Of a stretch of 24,000 bases of DNA, positions 23,802-24,000 are shown in pieces. The first letter of the stretch is position 1, and every line of letters begins with the position of its first letter. The stretch covers positions 904,991 through 928,990 of the forward strand of contig CP178758.1 of the NCBI GenBank assembly GCA_047651235.1, written 5' to 3'. Origin of the DNA: Candidatus Electrothrix yaqonensis (GTDB lineage Bacteria; Desulfobacterota; Desulfobulbia; Desulfobulbales; Desulfobulbaceae). The notes beneath the pieces are model-generated. The model searched no databases. It worked only from the letters and a program-made list of their open reading frames with translations, and was not told the origin of the DNA. Both the position numbers and the translations under genes were made by a program.

Positions 23802-24000
23802 AAGGGCACTGCCTCTTTGATGATTTTATCCCGGACATACCAATGAACGCTTCGTTCCGTCACAACATCGACCTTGCGGCCCAACAGCTTTTCCAGCTCC
23901 TGCATAAAGGCGATACGCTTCAGCAGGCTGCCTTCCATATTCACAAGAAAATCAGCATCACTTGCCGCCGTGTTCTCGCCCCGTGCGAACGAGCCGAAGA
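23798..24000 (-). CDS. mntA: MntA-type minimal nucleotidyltransferase antitoxin (the 5' end lies beyond the right edge)
   Basis: The reverse complement translates to ..FGSFARGENTAASDADFLVNMEGSLLKRIAFMQELEKLLGRKVDVVTERSVHWYVRDKIIKEAVPL*. It carries the GS-x10-D-x-D nucleotidyltransferase motif. The stop TGA is at 23800-23798. Confidence 0.85.
   Translation of the reverse strand, partial: FGSFARGENTAASDADFLVNMEGSLLKRIAFMQELEKLLGRKVDVVTERSVHWYVRDKIIKEAVPL

Overview
Chromosomal window, roughly 50-55% G+C by eye. The gene repertoire looks Desulfobacterota/deltaproteobacterium-like, but I cannot verify the taxon from the sequence alone.

Layout, left to right:
1. A 3'-truncated membrane class III adenylate cyclase-TPR gene (-).
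2. A 765-bp internally deleted ISAs1-family element with perfect 18-bp terminal inverted repeats and a 10-bp target-site duplication.
3. A minus-strand nickel-type ECF uptake module: cbiM/nikM, a nikL-like gene, a DUF4198/nikK-like gene and cbiQ/nikQ. It has no ATPase gene. A 395-aa Cys/His-rich protein of uncertain family (possibly LCIB/theta-carbonic-anhydrase-like) follows it.
4. A 61-aa 2x[4Fe-4S] ferredoxin (+), convergent with a secreted protein that carries 30 cysteines in five tandem modules plus a C-terminal outer-membrane-barrel-like domain.
5. A housekeeping minus-strand operon: rsmE, dtd and an M16C (PreP-like) peptidase.
6. A plus-strand Opp/Dpp/Nik-family ABC importer whose substrate-binding protein is fused to the first permease through an extra transmembrane helix.
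7. A low-GC islet with an orphan membrane protein.
8. A small gene separated from its own signal peptide by an in-frame TAG.
9. A SulP/STAS anion transporter.
10. tRNA-Pro(GGG) with its terminator.
11. A HepT/MntA toxin-antitoxin pair running off the right edge.

I saw no rRNA, CRISPR array or intact transposase.

The most unusual content is the 2.3-8.6 kb block, which holds the nickel import genes, the unknown metalloprotein candidate, the ferredoxin and the thiolate-rich periplasmic/outer-membrane protein. All functional calls come from reading the translations by eye against remembered family motifs. No database search was possible.
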